A stretch of DNA of 64,000 nt from Candidatus Eiseniibacteriota bacterium (lineage in GTDB: Bacteria; Eisenbacteria; RBG-16-71-46): contig CAVUWA010000010.1 in the NCBI GenBank assembly GCA_963744995.1, forward strand, positions 480,001 to 544,000. Direction: 5' to 3'. Under the pieces are notes generated by a model that saw only the letters and a list, made by a program, of their open reading frames with translations, had not been told where the DNA came from and searched no databases. The position numbers and the translations under genes were made by a program. This document shows, one piece after another, positions 9,637-21,026 of this stretch (the stretch's first letter is position 1; each line of letters starts with the position of its first letter).

Positions 9637-10353
9637 TCAGCCGCCGAGCCGCACCCTGGCGATCGTGAACAGGATCTTCCAGCCGGCGCCGAACACCCCG
9701 CGCACGGTGCCGGCCACCTTCGAACGCCCCGCCGCGCGGCGCCGGTAGCGCACCGGCACCTCCGCCCACGCGAGGCGCGCACGCAGCGCGCGGGTCTGCA
9801 TCTCCACCGTCCAGCCGTAGTCGCGGTCGCGCATCCGCAGACATTCGAGCGCCGGCCAGCGGATCGCCCGGAACGGGCCGAGGTCGGTGAAGCGCGCCCC
9901 GTACAGAAGCCGCATCAGGGTCGTCGCGAGCGCGTTGCCGAACGCCTGCACGGGCGTGAGTGCGCCCGGCTCGCGCTCGCCGAGCCGGCGCGAGCCGACC
10001 ACGAGGTCGGCGCCGTGGGCGAGGATCGGGTGGAGCAGCGCGGCGAGCTCCGCCGGATCGTCGCTGCCGTCGGCGTCCAGGAACACGACCACGTCGGGTG
10101 GGTCCGCGCGCAGCGCCGCGATGGCCGCGAGGCACGCGGCGCCATAGCCGCGCCTGGGCTCGCGCACGACCCGCGCGCCGCCCGCGTGCGCGACCTCGGG
10201 GGTGGCGTCGCGCGAACCGTTGTCGGCGACCACGACCTCGCGCAGCCGGAACCCCGCAGCGCCCGCGGCCCGGATCCCCGCGAGCACGCCCGGCAGCGCT
10301 GCGGCCTCGTCCAGGGCCGGGATCACGACGTCGACGACGGGGATGGTGTTCAC
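9637..10353 (-). CDS. Glycosyltransferase family 2 (DPM1-like)
   Basis: VVIPALDE, VVADNGSRD, GYGAA, FLDADGSD (DxD), FTDLGPFRAI, YGWTVEMQ. Confidence 0.9.
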   Translation of the reverse strand: MNTIPVVDVVIPALDEAAALPGVLAGIRAAGAAGFRLREVVVADNGSRDATPEVAHAGGARVVREPRRGYGAACLAAIAALRADPPDVVVFLDADGSDDPAELAALLHPILAHGADLVVGSRRLGEREPGALTPVQAFGNALATTLMRLLYGARFTDLGPFRAIRWPALECLRMRDRDYGWTVEMQTRALRARLAWAEVPVRYRRRAAGRSKVAGTVRGVFGAGWKILFTIARVRLGG

Positions 10354-10417
10354 GAAAGAGGAAACGGGGCGGCGGGCCGGGCGTGACCGCCCGGCGCGCG
10401 CCGCCCCGCAGGGTCGC

Positions 10418-13288
<2,871 letters not shown>

Positions 13289-13391
13289 GATCGCCCTCCG
13301 TGGTCGCTCCGCGCGCAGTCGGCCGCGCGGGGCCCATCGTCGAAGACTGCGGGGCACCGCGGCCTTCGCGGCGCCTCGAGTCGGTCTCTGG

Positions 13392-15533
13392 TCAGTTCCT
13401 GACTTCCGGCACCCGGAACAGGTTGTCCGCGATGCCGATGTTGTAGCCGCACTCGTTCACCTTGATGCGCATGATCTCCTTGTTCTGCACGTAGCGCACT
13501 TCAGAGTACGGGAGCCGCAGCTTCTTCACCTGGCGGAAGTCGGAGAACACGCGACGCGCCAGCACGTGCGGCGGGATGCCGCCGCGCACGTCCGAGGCGA
13601 TCAGCTCGTGGGTCTCCGCGTCGAACAGCAGCCACAGCTGATGTTCCTCCGACTGCAGCCGGACTTCGACCAGGTCGGCCGGGCGGCCGTCGACGGTCTC
13701 CCGCCCCCGGAAGATCGGGTCGGCCCCTTCTTCGGTCGCCTGCAGCAGCAGATGCGGAAGGTCGTTGAGGTAATTCGAGCGCATCGTCGCGACCTGCATG
13801 CTGTCGGCCACCTCCACCCGGTTGTTCTGCGTCTCGTAGACCCAGCCGTGATCTCCGATCAGCACCTGTTCGCTCTCGTACAGGAATACGGACATGATCT
13901 CGCGGAATCGGAACGGCTCCTTGCGCGCCTGCCGGATCCGTCCGTCGACCTCCCGACCCTGCGCGTTCAGGACGAGCGTGGCGTCGATGCTGGAGTCCTT
14001 CAGGCTGCGCAGGTTGTTCAGACCGCCGTGCGCCTTCACCCCCGCCGCGACGATCTCGCGCCCGCGGCTCCGATCCTTCTCGGTGACCTCGCGCGAGGCC
14101 CACTCGGCCTGGGCCGAGTCGTCGATCTTCACGACCTCGACTTCACCGAACCGGGCCAGGAGCGGTTTCAGCTGCTCGGCCGGTCCCACGGCGAGGATAG
14201 CGAGGCGCCCGGGTTCGATCCAGCGCCGCACGGTCGCGTCCACGGTGGCGTCCGCGAGCGTGTCGAGGACGCCGGCCTCGCCATGGATCGTCTCGTCCGC
14301 CACACCGTACCAGTCCGCGTTGCCCCAGGCGCCGAGCAGTCCGGCCAGAGACGACAGCGTCATCGGCCAGGTCTCGCGCCACAGCGTCTTCGCCGCCGCG
14401 ATCTCGGCGGCCGCGGGCGGTTCGGCGCCCAGCGCCGCCACCGCGTTCCGCAGGCTCTCGACCGCGGCGCCCGCGGAGTCGGTGCGCACCGTCGCACGGG
14501 TGACGAACAGGCCCGCGTCACGCAGCGCGGTGTAGCCGCTCGAGACGCCGCCGATGACGCCCGGCCACGCCGGCCTCGCTGCGAGCCGCGCTGCGCCGAT
14601 GTCGGCGAAGACGCTGCTCGCGATCGAGAATGGCAGCGATTGCGGCGAGCCGCGCTCGGGCGCCGCAGCGGCGATGCGGATCTCGGTGCGTCCGCCGCTC
14701 GGCACGTCGATGATCCGGACGTGCGGCTTGAGCGAACCGGGGCCCACCATGATGGACGGCACCGGGGCCGCCGTCCCCTGCCACTCTCCGAACGACTGGC
14801 GCGCCATCTCGAACACCTCGGCCGCCTTCACGTCGCCCGCGACCGCGAGCACGGAGCCCTTCGGAAGGTAGTGCGCGGCGTGGAATGCCTGCAGCTCTTC
14901 GCGCGTCCGCCGCAGCAGGTCCGCCACCTCTCCGGCCGGGGTCCGCCCGTAGGGATGGTTCTCGAACGCAAGCGGCCATACCTGCTCCTCGGCCGTGGAC
15001 ACCGGATTGTGGTGCAGTTCGATCAGGGTGCGTGCGACTTCGTAGCGCAGGCGGCCGAGCGCTTCGTTGGAGAACAGCGGATGCATGACCGCGTCGGCCA
15101 TGATCCCGAGTCCGGCCTCGAGATCGCCGGCCAGCAAGCCGGCGCCGACGACGGTGTAGTCGCGCAGCGTCGTGACCGTGAGTTCGGAGCCGAGCGCGCC
15201 CATCTCGCTCGCCAGGCGCGCGGCGTCACGGGTCGGCGTGCCGCGCTCGAGCATCTGGGCGGTGAGATGCGCGACGCCCGGCTGGTCGGCGGGTTCGGCG
15301 ACCAGTCCCGCCGGAACGAACAGCTGCACCTGCGCGATCGGCAGCCGCGCGTCTACGAACACCACGACGCGCAGTCCGTTGTCGAGCGTCTTCTCGACCG
15401 GTGCCGGCGGGACGAAGTCCGGCGCGGCGGCCATGGCCACGGCGCCCGGCGCGAGCAGCACGATCGCCACGGGCAGCGCACGCCATGCGGCGCGCATCCG
15501 GCGCGCGAGTCCGCGACGCGGGGTGGCGGTCAT
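13392..15533 (-). CDS. M16 (insulinase) family non-catalytic subunit with C-terminal LolA-like domain
   Basis: TLDNGLRVV; GVAHLTAQML (no HxxEH); HPYG; C-terminal region from AHGGLNNLRSLK...FDAETH. Confidence 0.8.
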   Translation of the reverse strand: MTATPRRGLARRMRAAWRALPVAIVLLAPGAVAMAAAPDFVPPAPVEKTLDNGLRVVVFVDARLPIAQVQLFVPAGLVAEPADQPGVAHLTAQMLERGTPTRDAARLASEMGALGSELTVTTLRDYTVVGAGLLAGDLEAGLGIMADAVMHPLFSNEALGRLRYEVARTLIELHHNPVSTAEEQVWPLAFENHPYGRTPAGEVADLLRRTREELQAFHAAHYLPKGSVLAVAGDVKAAEVFEMARQSFGEWQGTAAPVPSIMVGPGSLKPHVRIIDVPSGGRTEIRIAAAAPERGSPQSLPFSIASSVFADIGAARLAARPAWPGVIGGVSSGYTALRDAGLFVTRATVRTDSAGAAVESLRNAVAALGAEPPAAAEIAAAKTLWRETWPMTLSSLAGLLGAWGNADWYGVADETIHGEAGVLDTLADATVDATVRRWIEPGRLAILAVGPAEQLKPLLARFGEVEVVKIDDSAQAEWASREVTEKDRSRGREIVAAGVKAHGGLNNLRSLKDSSIDATLVLNAQGREVDGRIRQARKEPFRFREIMSVFLYESEQVLIGDHGWVYETQNNRVEVADSMQVATMRSNYLNDLPHLLLQATEEGADPIFRGRETVDGRPADLVEVRLQSEEHQLWLLFDAETHELIASDVRGGIPPHVLARRVFSDFRQVKKLRLPYSEVRYVQNKEIMRIKVNECGYNIGIADNLFRVPEVRN

Positions 15534-16870
15534 TTCGCACCCCCCTCGGCCGGCGCGCCGGCGGGCAGCATCCACACGACCACCGGACCCCGGCCCGACG
15601 CGAGCCGCTGCGCCGCGGCCTGGAGGTCCGCGGCGCGCGGCGGGTGCGGCGGCGCAACGGCGAGCGCGGCGTCCGCGTCTGCGCCCAGCAGCCGGGCCCG
15701 CCCGAGTGCCTGCGCACGGTCACGGGAGCGCTGCAGCGAAAACAGCCGCGCGACCTCGGCGCCCTTCTGCACTCGCGCCAGGCGCTCCTCGTTGACGCCT
15801 TCGCGTGCGATGCGTGCGACCGCTTCCTTCATCGCGCTCTCCACACCGGCCACCGCCGCCGAGTCGGCGCCCGCCTGCAGCGCGGCGAGGGCGAACACCA
15901 GCCCCGCGTCGCGGCGCGACTCGAGGCCGCACTGGACGTACGCAGACGGCTTGTCCCTGCCGATCACCGCCCGATTGAGGGGCGCGTCCGAATCGCCGGC
16001 GAGGTAGCGCGCCAGCAGCTCGAACGCGGGAACGTCGGCGGACGACGCGCCACCCACCGGCCAGCCGAGCAGCACCGACGGCCCGGCGAAGGCGTAGGTG
16101 TCGACGGTGCGCCGCGCCGGCGGGGCGGCCGGCGGTGCCACGTCGTCATGCGGCACGGGGCGCGCCTTGACCCGGCCGAAGGTGCGTTTCGCCGCCGCGA
16201 TCGCGTCGGCTTCCCTGAAGCGCCCCGCGACCGTGACGATCGCGTTCCCCGGCCCGTAGCGCTCGCGGTGCCAGGCGAGGCAGTCGTCCAGGGTGATGGC
16301 GCCGAGATCCGCCTTGCGGCCGATCGCCGGCCACGCGTAGGGATGGCCCTCGAACGCGTCGGCGAACAGCTGCTGCAGGCCGCGCACGATCGGCGACTGC
16401 GTGGTGCGCTCGTCGTTCTGCCGCACCAGGCTTCGCACCGCTTCGACCTTCTCGGGCGTGAGCCGCAGCTCCGCCATGCGATCGGCTTCCATCGCAAACA
16501 CCGTCTCCATCGCTTCGGGCGGCACGGTTTCGTAGAAACTCGAGTAGTCCGGCGTGCTCTCCGCCCCCACCGATCCGCCCGTGCGGCGCACGCGGCGGAT
16601 GTAGTCGTCCTCGCCGGGCGGCGCGCTGCGGAACATGAGCTGCTCGACCATGTGCGTCACACCGGTCTTCCCCGCCGTCTCCCAGCGGGTGCCGGCGCGG
16701 TACCACACGGTCACGTCCACGCCGCCCGCCCGCGCGTCGGGCGCGAGGACGAGGGTCAGGCCGTTCGGAAGCTTCTGCTGCCGCACGCCATGCGTCGAAC
16801 GCGGTGCGGCGGCAGCGGTTCCCGTCAGACACGCGAGCAGCAGCCAGGCGGTCATGATTCGACACTTCAT
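15530..16870 (-). CDS. M16 (insulinase) family protein with degenerate HxxEQ motif
   Basis: Signal peptide; KLPNGLTLV; GVTHMVEQLMF; MEADRM; HPYAWPAIG; YGPGNA. Stop overlaps the next gene's start. Confidence 0.85.
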   Translation of the reverse strand: MKCRIMTAWLLLACLTGTAAAAPRSTHGVRQQKLPNGLTLVLAPDARAGGVDVTVWYRAGTRWETAGKTGVTHMVEQLMFRSAPPGEDDYIRRVRRTGGSVGAESTPDYSSFYETVPPEAMETVFAMEADRMAELRLTPEKVEAVRSLVRQNDERTTQSPIVRGLQQLFADAFEGHPYAWPAIGRKADLGAITLDDCLAWHRERYGPGNAIVTVAGRFREADAIAAAKRTFGRVKARPVPHDDVAPPAAPPARRTVDTYAFAGPSVLLGWPVGGASSADVPAFELLARYLAGDSDAPLNRAVIGRDKPSAYVQCGLESRRDAGLVFALAALQAGADSAAVAGVESAMKEAVARIAREGVNEERLARVQKGAEVARLFSLQRSRDRAQALGRARLLGADADAALAVAPPHPPRAADLQAAAQRLASGRGPVVVWMLPAGAPAEGGAK

Positions 16871-16916
16871 GGATGGGTCTCTTTCTTCGGAATGATCGGG
16901 GAAATGGACTCGTGCA

Positions 16917-18812
16917 TCAGGGCAGCCAGGCGACGCGTACCGCGCGCCTGTACCCCGCGACGTCCAGAGCAATGAAGTAGATGCCGGCGGGCGCGTGCCC
17001 GCCGGTGTCGGCGGCGCCGTCCCAGGCCACCGTCACCCAGCGGCCGCCCTCCAGCCTGCCTGACCAGAGGCGGCGCACCGAACGGCCCTGCGCGTCGATC
17101 ACGCGCACGTCGCCCTGTTCGGGCCGGAACGCGTCCCCGTTCAGGGCGAACCGGACCCGCACGGGCGCTCCGTCCGAGCGGAACGGATTCGGTCCGAGCA
17201 GCGCGATCTGCGGGAAGCCGGTCGGCGCCGGAGCCACCGCCACGCTGGCCGGCCAGCGCAGGGCGTCGAGGCCGTTGGGAATGCCGTAGCCGTAGAGCGT
17301 GTCGGGCACGAGCCAGCGGTCGGCAGTCTCGCGCAGCGCGCGGATGATGTCGACGGGCGCCCACGACGGCCGCGCCTGCATCAGGCACGCGGCGAGCCCC
17401 GCCAGGATCGGCGCCGAGAACGACGTGCCGCTGCCCGTGACGTACGCGGTGGAGAGGGTGGTCGAGATCAGCGGCACCGAGACCCCGTCGGCCATGAGGT
17501 CGGGCTTGATGCGGCCGTCCGCGGTCGGGCCCATGGAGGAGAAGCTGGCGCGAATCCCGGTGAGATCCACGGCGCCCGCGGCGATCAGGCTGTCGCCGTT
17601 CACGTCGGCCGGCATGATGATCTTCTGCCACGACGCGGCGCCCTCGTTGCCGGCCGAGTTGACGATCAGGATGCCCTTGCTCGCCGCGATTTCGGCGGCG
17701 CGGCTCACGGTCGAGGTCATTCCGTCGAGGTCCGCGAGCGTGTAGTCGTCTGCGGGGTCGTCGAACGTGCTGTAGCCGAGCGAGGAGCTGATCAGGTCGG
17801 CGCCCAGGCTGTCGGCCCACTCGGCGCCCTGCATCCAGTAGACCATCTCCGCCGGCGTCTCGCTCGTGGCGTCCTCGGTGCGTCCGAGCGCGAACGTCGC
17901 GCCGAAGCCGGTGCCGACGTAGGTGCCCGGCGCGTTGCCCGCGATGCAGCCGAGCACCCAGCCGCCGTGGTCGAAGGCGGACCCGCCGGTGACGTCGGTG
18001 CCGCCGCGCACGAAGTCGCGCACGTAGCCGGCCGGCACGTCGACTCCGGCGAGCGCCTCGTGCGTGGTCCAGCCGTTGAAGCCGTCGTCGAGGACACAGA
18101 TCAGGACGCCGGTGCCGATGAAGCCCGAATCATGCACCGCCGGCACCGCGATCTGGTTGGCGAGATCGAGGGTGAGCCCGTAGGCGATCGAGGGCTGCAT
18201 CTGCAGGCGGCCGAACCGCGGTGAAGCGGCGGGCGGCGCGGCCCCCACCGGTTCGGGCGGCGGGGAACGGCGCATGCGCTCCACCGCGCGCACCCGGCGC
18301 ACGAAGGAGAGGGCGGCGACGCGATCGAGCGCCGCGGCGTCCACACGCACCGCGGCATGGTTGAACCAGCGCGACACGCCGTACGGCTCGAGCCCGAGCG
18401 CCCGTAGCGCGGTGAGATAGGGCGGGTGGACGGGCAGGTCGCGCGCGTCGACGAGCGGGGTGACGTGCGCGCGCAGGCGGCGCGCGCGGGCGCGGGGCGT
18501 GAGGTCCGCTTCGGCCCGGGCGAGCCGCGCGGCGAGATCGGCCGGCCCCGTTTCGCCCTTGTCGGCGAACTCGATCCAGACCGGAACGGGGGTTTCTGCG
18601 TCCGCCGTCAGCGCGGCGACGACCCGGGAATCGGTCTTGGCGAGGGCATCGGGGACGAGGGCCAGGGCGCGCGCCGGGACGAGCGCGGCGGACAGGCCGA
18701 CGAGGGTCAGGGCCAGGGCCCACAGGGGACGCCCGGGCGACGCGCCGAACCGGTCGCGTGCGTGCGGCGTCTCCGCTGCGGTCCGTCGCCACCCCATGTC
18801 GAAACCGTGCAT
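16917..18812 (-). CDS. S8 subtilisin-like serine peptidase with FlgD-Ig/T9SS-like C-terminal domain
   Basis: Catalytic motifs VLDDG, DHG, NSAGN and GTSFSAP; YGYGIP; tail PNPF...DAQGR..WDG..AGIYF. Start is uncertain. Confidence 0.92.
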   Translation of the reverse strand: MHGFDMGWRRTAAETPHARDRFGASPGRPLWALALTLVGLSAALVPARALALVPDALAKTDSRVVAALTADAETPVPVWIEFADKGETGPADLAARLARAEADLTPRARARRLRAHVTPLVDARDLPVHPPYLTALRALGLEPYGVSRWFNHAAVRVDAAALDRVAALSFVRRVRAVERMRRSPPPEPVGAAPPAASPRFGRLQMQPSIAYGLTLDLANQIAVPAVHDSGFIGTGVLICVLDDGFNGWTTHEALAGVDVPAGYVRDFVRGGTDVTGGSAFDHGGWVLGCIAGNAPGTYVGTGFGATFALGRTEDATSETPAEMVYWMQGAEWADSLGADLISSSLGYSTFDDPADDYTLADLDGMTSTVSRAAEIAASKGILIVNSAGNEGAASWQKIIMPADVNGDSLIAAGAVDLTGIRASFSSMGPTADGRIKPDLMADGVSVPLISTTLSTAYVTGSGTSFSAPILAGLAACLMQARPSWAPVDIIRALRETADRWLVPDTLYGYGIPNGLDALRWPASVAVAPAPTGFPQIALLGPNPFRSDGAPVRVRFALNGDAFRPEQGDVRVIDAQGRSVRRLWSGRLEGGRWVTVAWDGAADTGGHAPAGIYFIALDVAGYRRAVRVAWLP

Positions 18813-18846
18813 CGGTCCCCCCGACGGATCCCCTGCGGATCCGCGC

Positions 18847-19866
18847 TCAGTGCATGGCCGGGGCGAGGTGGCGGACCGACGCCTCGATGAACCCGACTTC
18901 ATCCCCCGCATGGTTCTTCACCACCGTGCGCCGCAGCGCCTCCGCCGCGGCGCGTTCGTTCTCGCGCCAGAAATCCAGCAGGTCCAGCACGGCGGCGGTC
19001 GCCGGGCCCAGCGCCCGCTCCGCCCCGTCCTCCGTCTTCAGCACCACGCCGAGGCCACGCTCGGGAATCGCGAGACACTGCAGTCCCTCCGCCCCGCCCT
19101 TCGCCGTCAGCCGCCCGCCGGTCGCCTCCATGAGGCGCGTGGTCAGCTGGCCCGCGCCGCCCACGGCGACCGGGTGCCGGCTCATCACCGAGCGGATTCG
19201 CGCGAGCGCGGCCGCACGCGCGTCACCGCCCGCAGACGCCGCCCCGAGCCGCGCCCAGGCCCTGGCCATGGCCGTGATCGACAGGCCGAACGTGACCGCG
19301 CCGCAGCCGTCGACGCCGGTCGCGATCGTCGTCGCCGGGACGCCGGCCAGGTCGGCGACCGTGTCCAGCATCAGCCGCTGCACCGGGTGGTCCGCCTCGG
19401 CGTAGCCGCGCACCGGCCAGCCTTCGGAGCGGGCCAGACACAGCATCCCGGCGTGTTTTCCGGAGCAGTTATTGTACAGCTTCGAGCGGCGTTCGGGCTC
19501 GCGCTCGAGCAGGGCGCGCGATTCCGGATCGGCCGGCGGATGGAAGCCGCAGGCCAGGTCCTCGGGCCGGAGCCCGATGCGCTCGAGGATTCCGCTCACG
19601 ACGCGCAGGTGGTATTCGCTGCCGGTGTGCGAGGCGCACATGAGCGCGAGCTGCTCGTCGGTGAAACCCCAGCGGTCGGCATGCCCGCGCTCGACCAGCG
19701 GCAGGCACTGGAACGGCTTCGCCGCGGAGCGGAACGAAGTCACCAGATCCGCGCCGTCGCTCTCGAGCACGAGGCCGCCCTCCGGCGGGCAGGCCACGGC
19801 CTGTACGCGGTGCCGCGACTCGGCGATGGCGCCGCGCCAGATCAGGACGTCGAGCTGGATGCGCAT
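18847..19866 (-). CDS. L-asparaginase II (Rhizobium-type)
   Basis: RSAAKPFQ, CASH, NNCSGKHAGML, DGCG, KGGAEG. Confidence 0.9.
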   Translation of the reverse strand: MRIQLDVLIWRGAIAESRHRVQAVACPPEGGLVLESDGADLVTSFRSAAKPFQCLPLVERGHADRWGFTDEQLALMCASHTGSEYHLRVVSGILERIGLRPEDLACGFHPPADPESRALLEREPERRSKLYNNCSGKHAGMLCLARSEGWPVRGYAEADHPVQRLMLDTVADLAGVPATTIATGVDGCGAVTFGLSITAMARAWARLGAASAGGDARAAALARIRSVMSRHPVAVGGAGQLTTRLMEATGGRLTAKGGAEGLQCLAIPERGLGVVLKTEDGAERALGPATAAVLDLLDFWRENERAAAEALRRTVVKNHAGDEVGFIEASVRHLAPAMH

Positions 19867-19907
19867 GGTGCGGCGGGGCTCTCCCGGCACGTCGACCCGC
19901 TCCGCTG

Positions 19908-21020
19908 TCAGCGGATCACGACGAATCGGTTCTGCATCGTGAACTGGTCGGTCTCCACACGGTACATGTAGATCCCGGATGCCACGTCCCGCCCGTTCTG
20001 GTTCTTGAGATCCCAGCGGGCGAAGTCACGGACTGTGTCATCGTGATCGATCGTGGCGACGAGATCACCGGACACGGTGTAGATCCTGATCCGCGCATGG
20101 GCGGGCAGATTGATGAAATGCACCTCGTGCGCGCCGGGCTGGTCCCAGACCTCCTGCGCCCGGTATGGATTCGGCACGACGCGGACGAGCTCGAGATTCT
20201 CGGTGGGCCCGGCGGTCGGCTCGATCGGATTCACGAACGGGTTCGCCGCCGTCCCGTTGCTCACGTTGAGCGCCTTGTGATTCAGGTTGATCACGGGGCA
20301 GGTCGAGGTGTCACCGGGCGTGCCGCAGCGGGCGTAGTCGTCGAACGCGTCGCGGCCGCGCACGTAGAGGTCCTTGTAGTTGTTGTCGGACCGGTTGCGG
20401 GCCTCGTAAGTGACTGCGTACCAAGTGCGTACGCCATCATGCGGGCCCGGCGGCGGCACCAGCCTCACCACCGAGTCGCCGATCGAGAGGCAGCGCCCGA
20501 AGCGGTCGAGCACGCGGCAGACCTTCTGATAGCTCCCGGCCGAGTCGCTGTCGACGAACGTGACGACGCTGTCGTGCACCACGTTGCCCTGGCACATGAA
20601 CTGCAGCGTGGCCGTGTCGACGACGCTGAAGTTCCAGGTGCGCTCGTCGCCGGTATTGCGCGAGAAACGGCGGAGGAGCACCGCATAGGACGTGTCCGGC
20701 AGGTTGATCATCCGATAGACGCGGTAGCCGCCGAAGTCCGTGCGTGCCTCCGCGCGCCGGTCACGCAGGAAGCGCACGGTATTCGTCCGCGCGCGCGTGG
20801 CGACGCTGTCGGGCAGCGGACCCATGAAGGCCCCGATGCAGCGGCCGGGGCGGATCAGACTGCTGTCCTGATAGGCGCCCGGATAGGCCCACACGTGGAG
20901 CTTCGGGAAACCGGTCGGAACCTGTGCGTGCGCGGGGGCCCAGAGCCCGGCGCCGGCCACGAGAGCCAGCGCCGGGATCGACCACGAAAGAATCCGACCG
21001 AAGTTCGAAAGTCGTGCCAT
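19908..21020 (-). CDS. Secreted Cys-containing hypothetical protein with T9SS-like C-terminal domain
   Basis: Signal peptide ending AHA-Q; DFGGYRVYR; tail VRVVPNPY...HFINLP..IRIYTVSGDLV...WDLKNQNG..VASGIY. Confidence 0.8.
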   Translation of the reverse strand: MARLSNFGRILSWSIPALALVAGAGLWAPAHAQVPTGFPKLHVWAYPGAYQDSSLIRPGRCIGAFMGPLPDSVATRARTNTVRFLRDRRAEARTDFGGYRVYRMINLPDTSYAVLLRRFSRNTGDERTWNFSVVDTATLQFMCQGNVVHDSVVTFVDSDSAGSYQKVCRVLDRFGRCLSIGDSVVRLVPPPGPHDGVRTWYAVTYEARNRSDNNYKDLYVRGRDAFDDYARCGTPGDTSTCPVINLNHKALNVSNGTAANPFVNPIEPTAGPTENLELVRVVPNPYRAQEVWDQPGAHEVHFINLPAHARIRIYTVSGDLVATIDHDDTVRDFARWDLKNQNGRDVASGIYMYRVETDQFTMQNRFVVIR

Positions 21021-21026
21021 TCAGCG

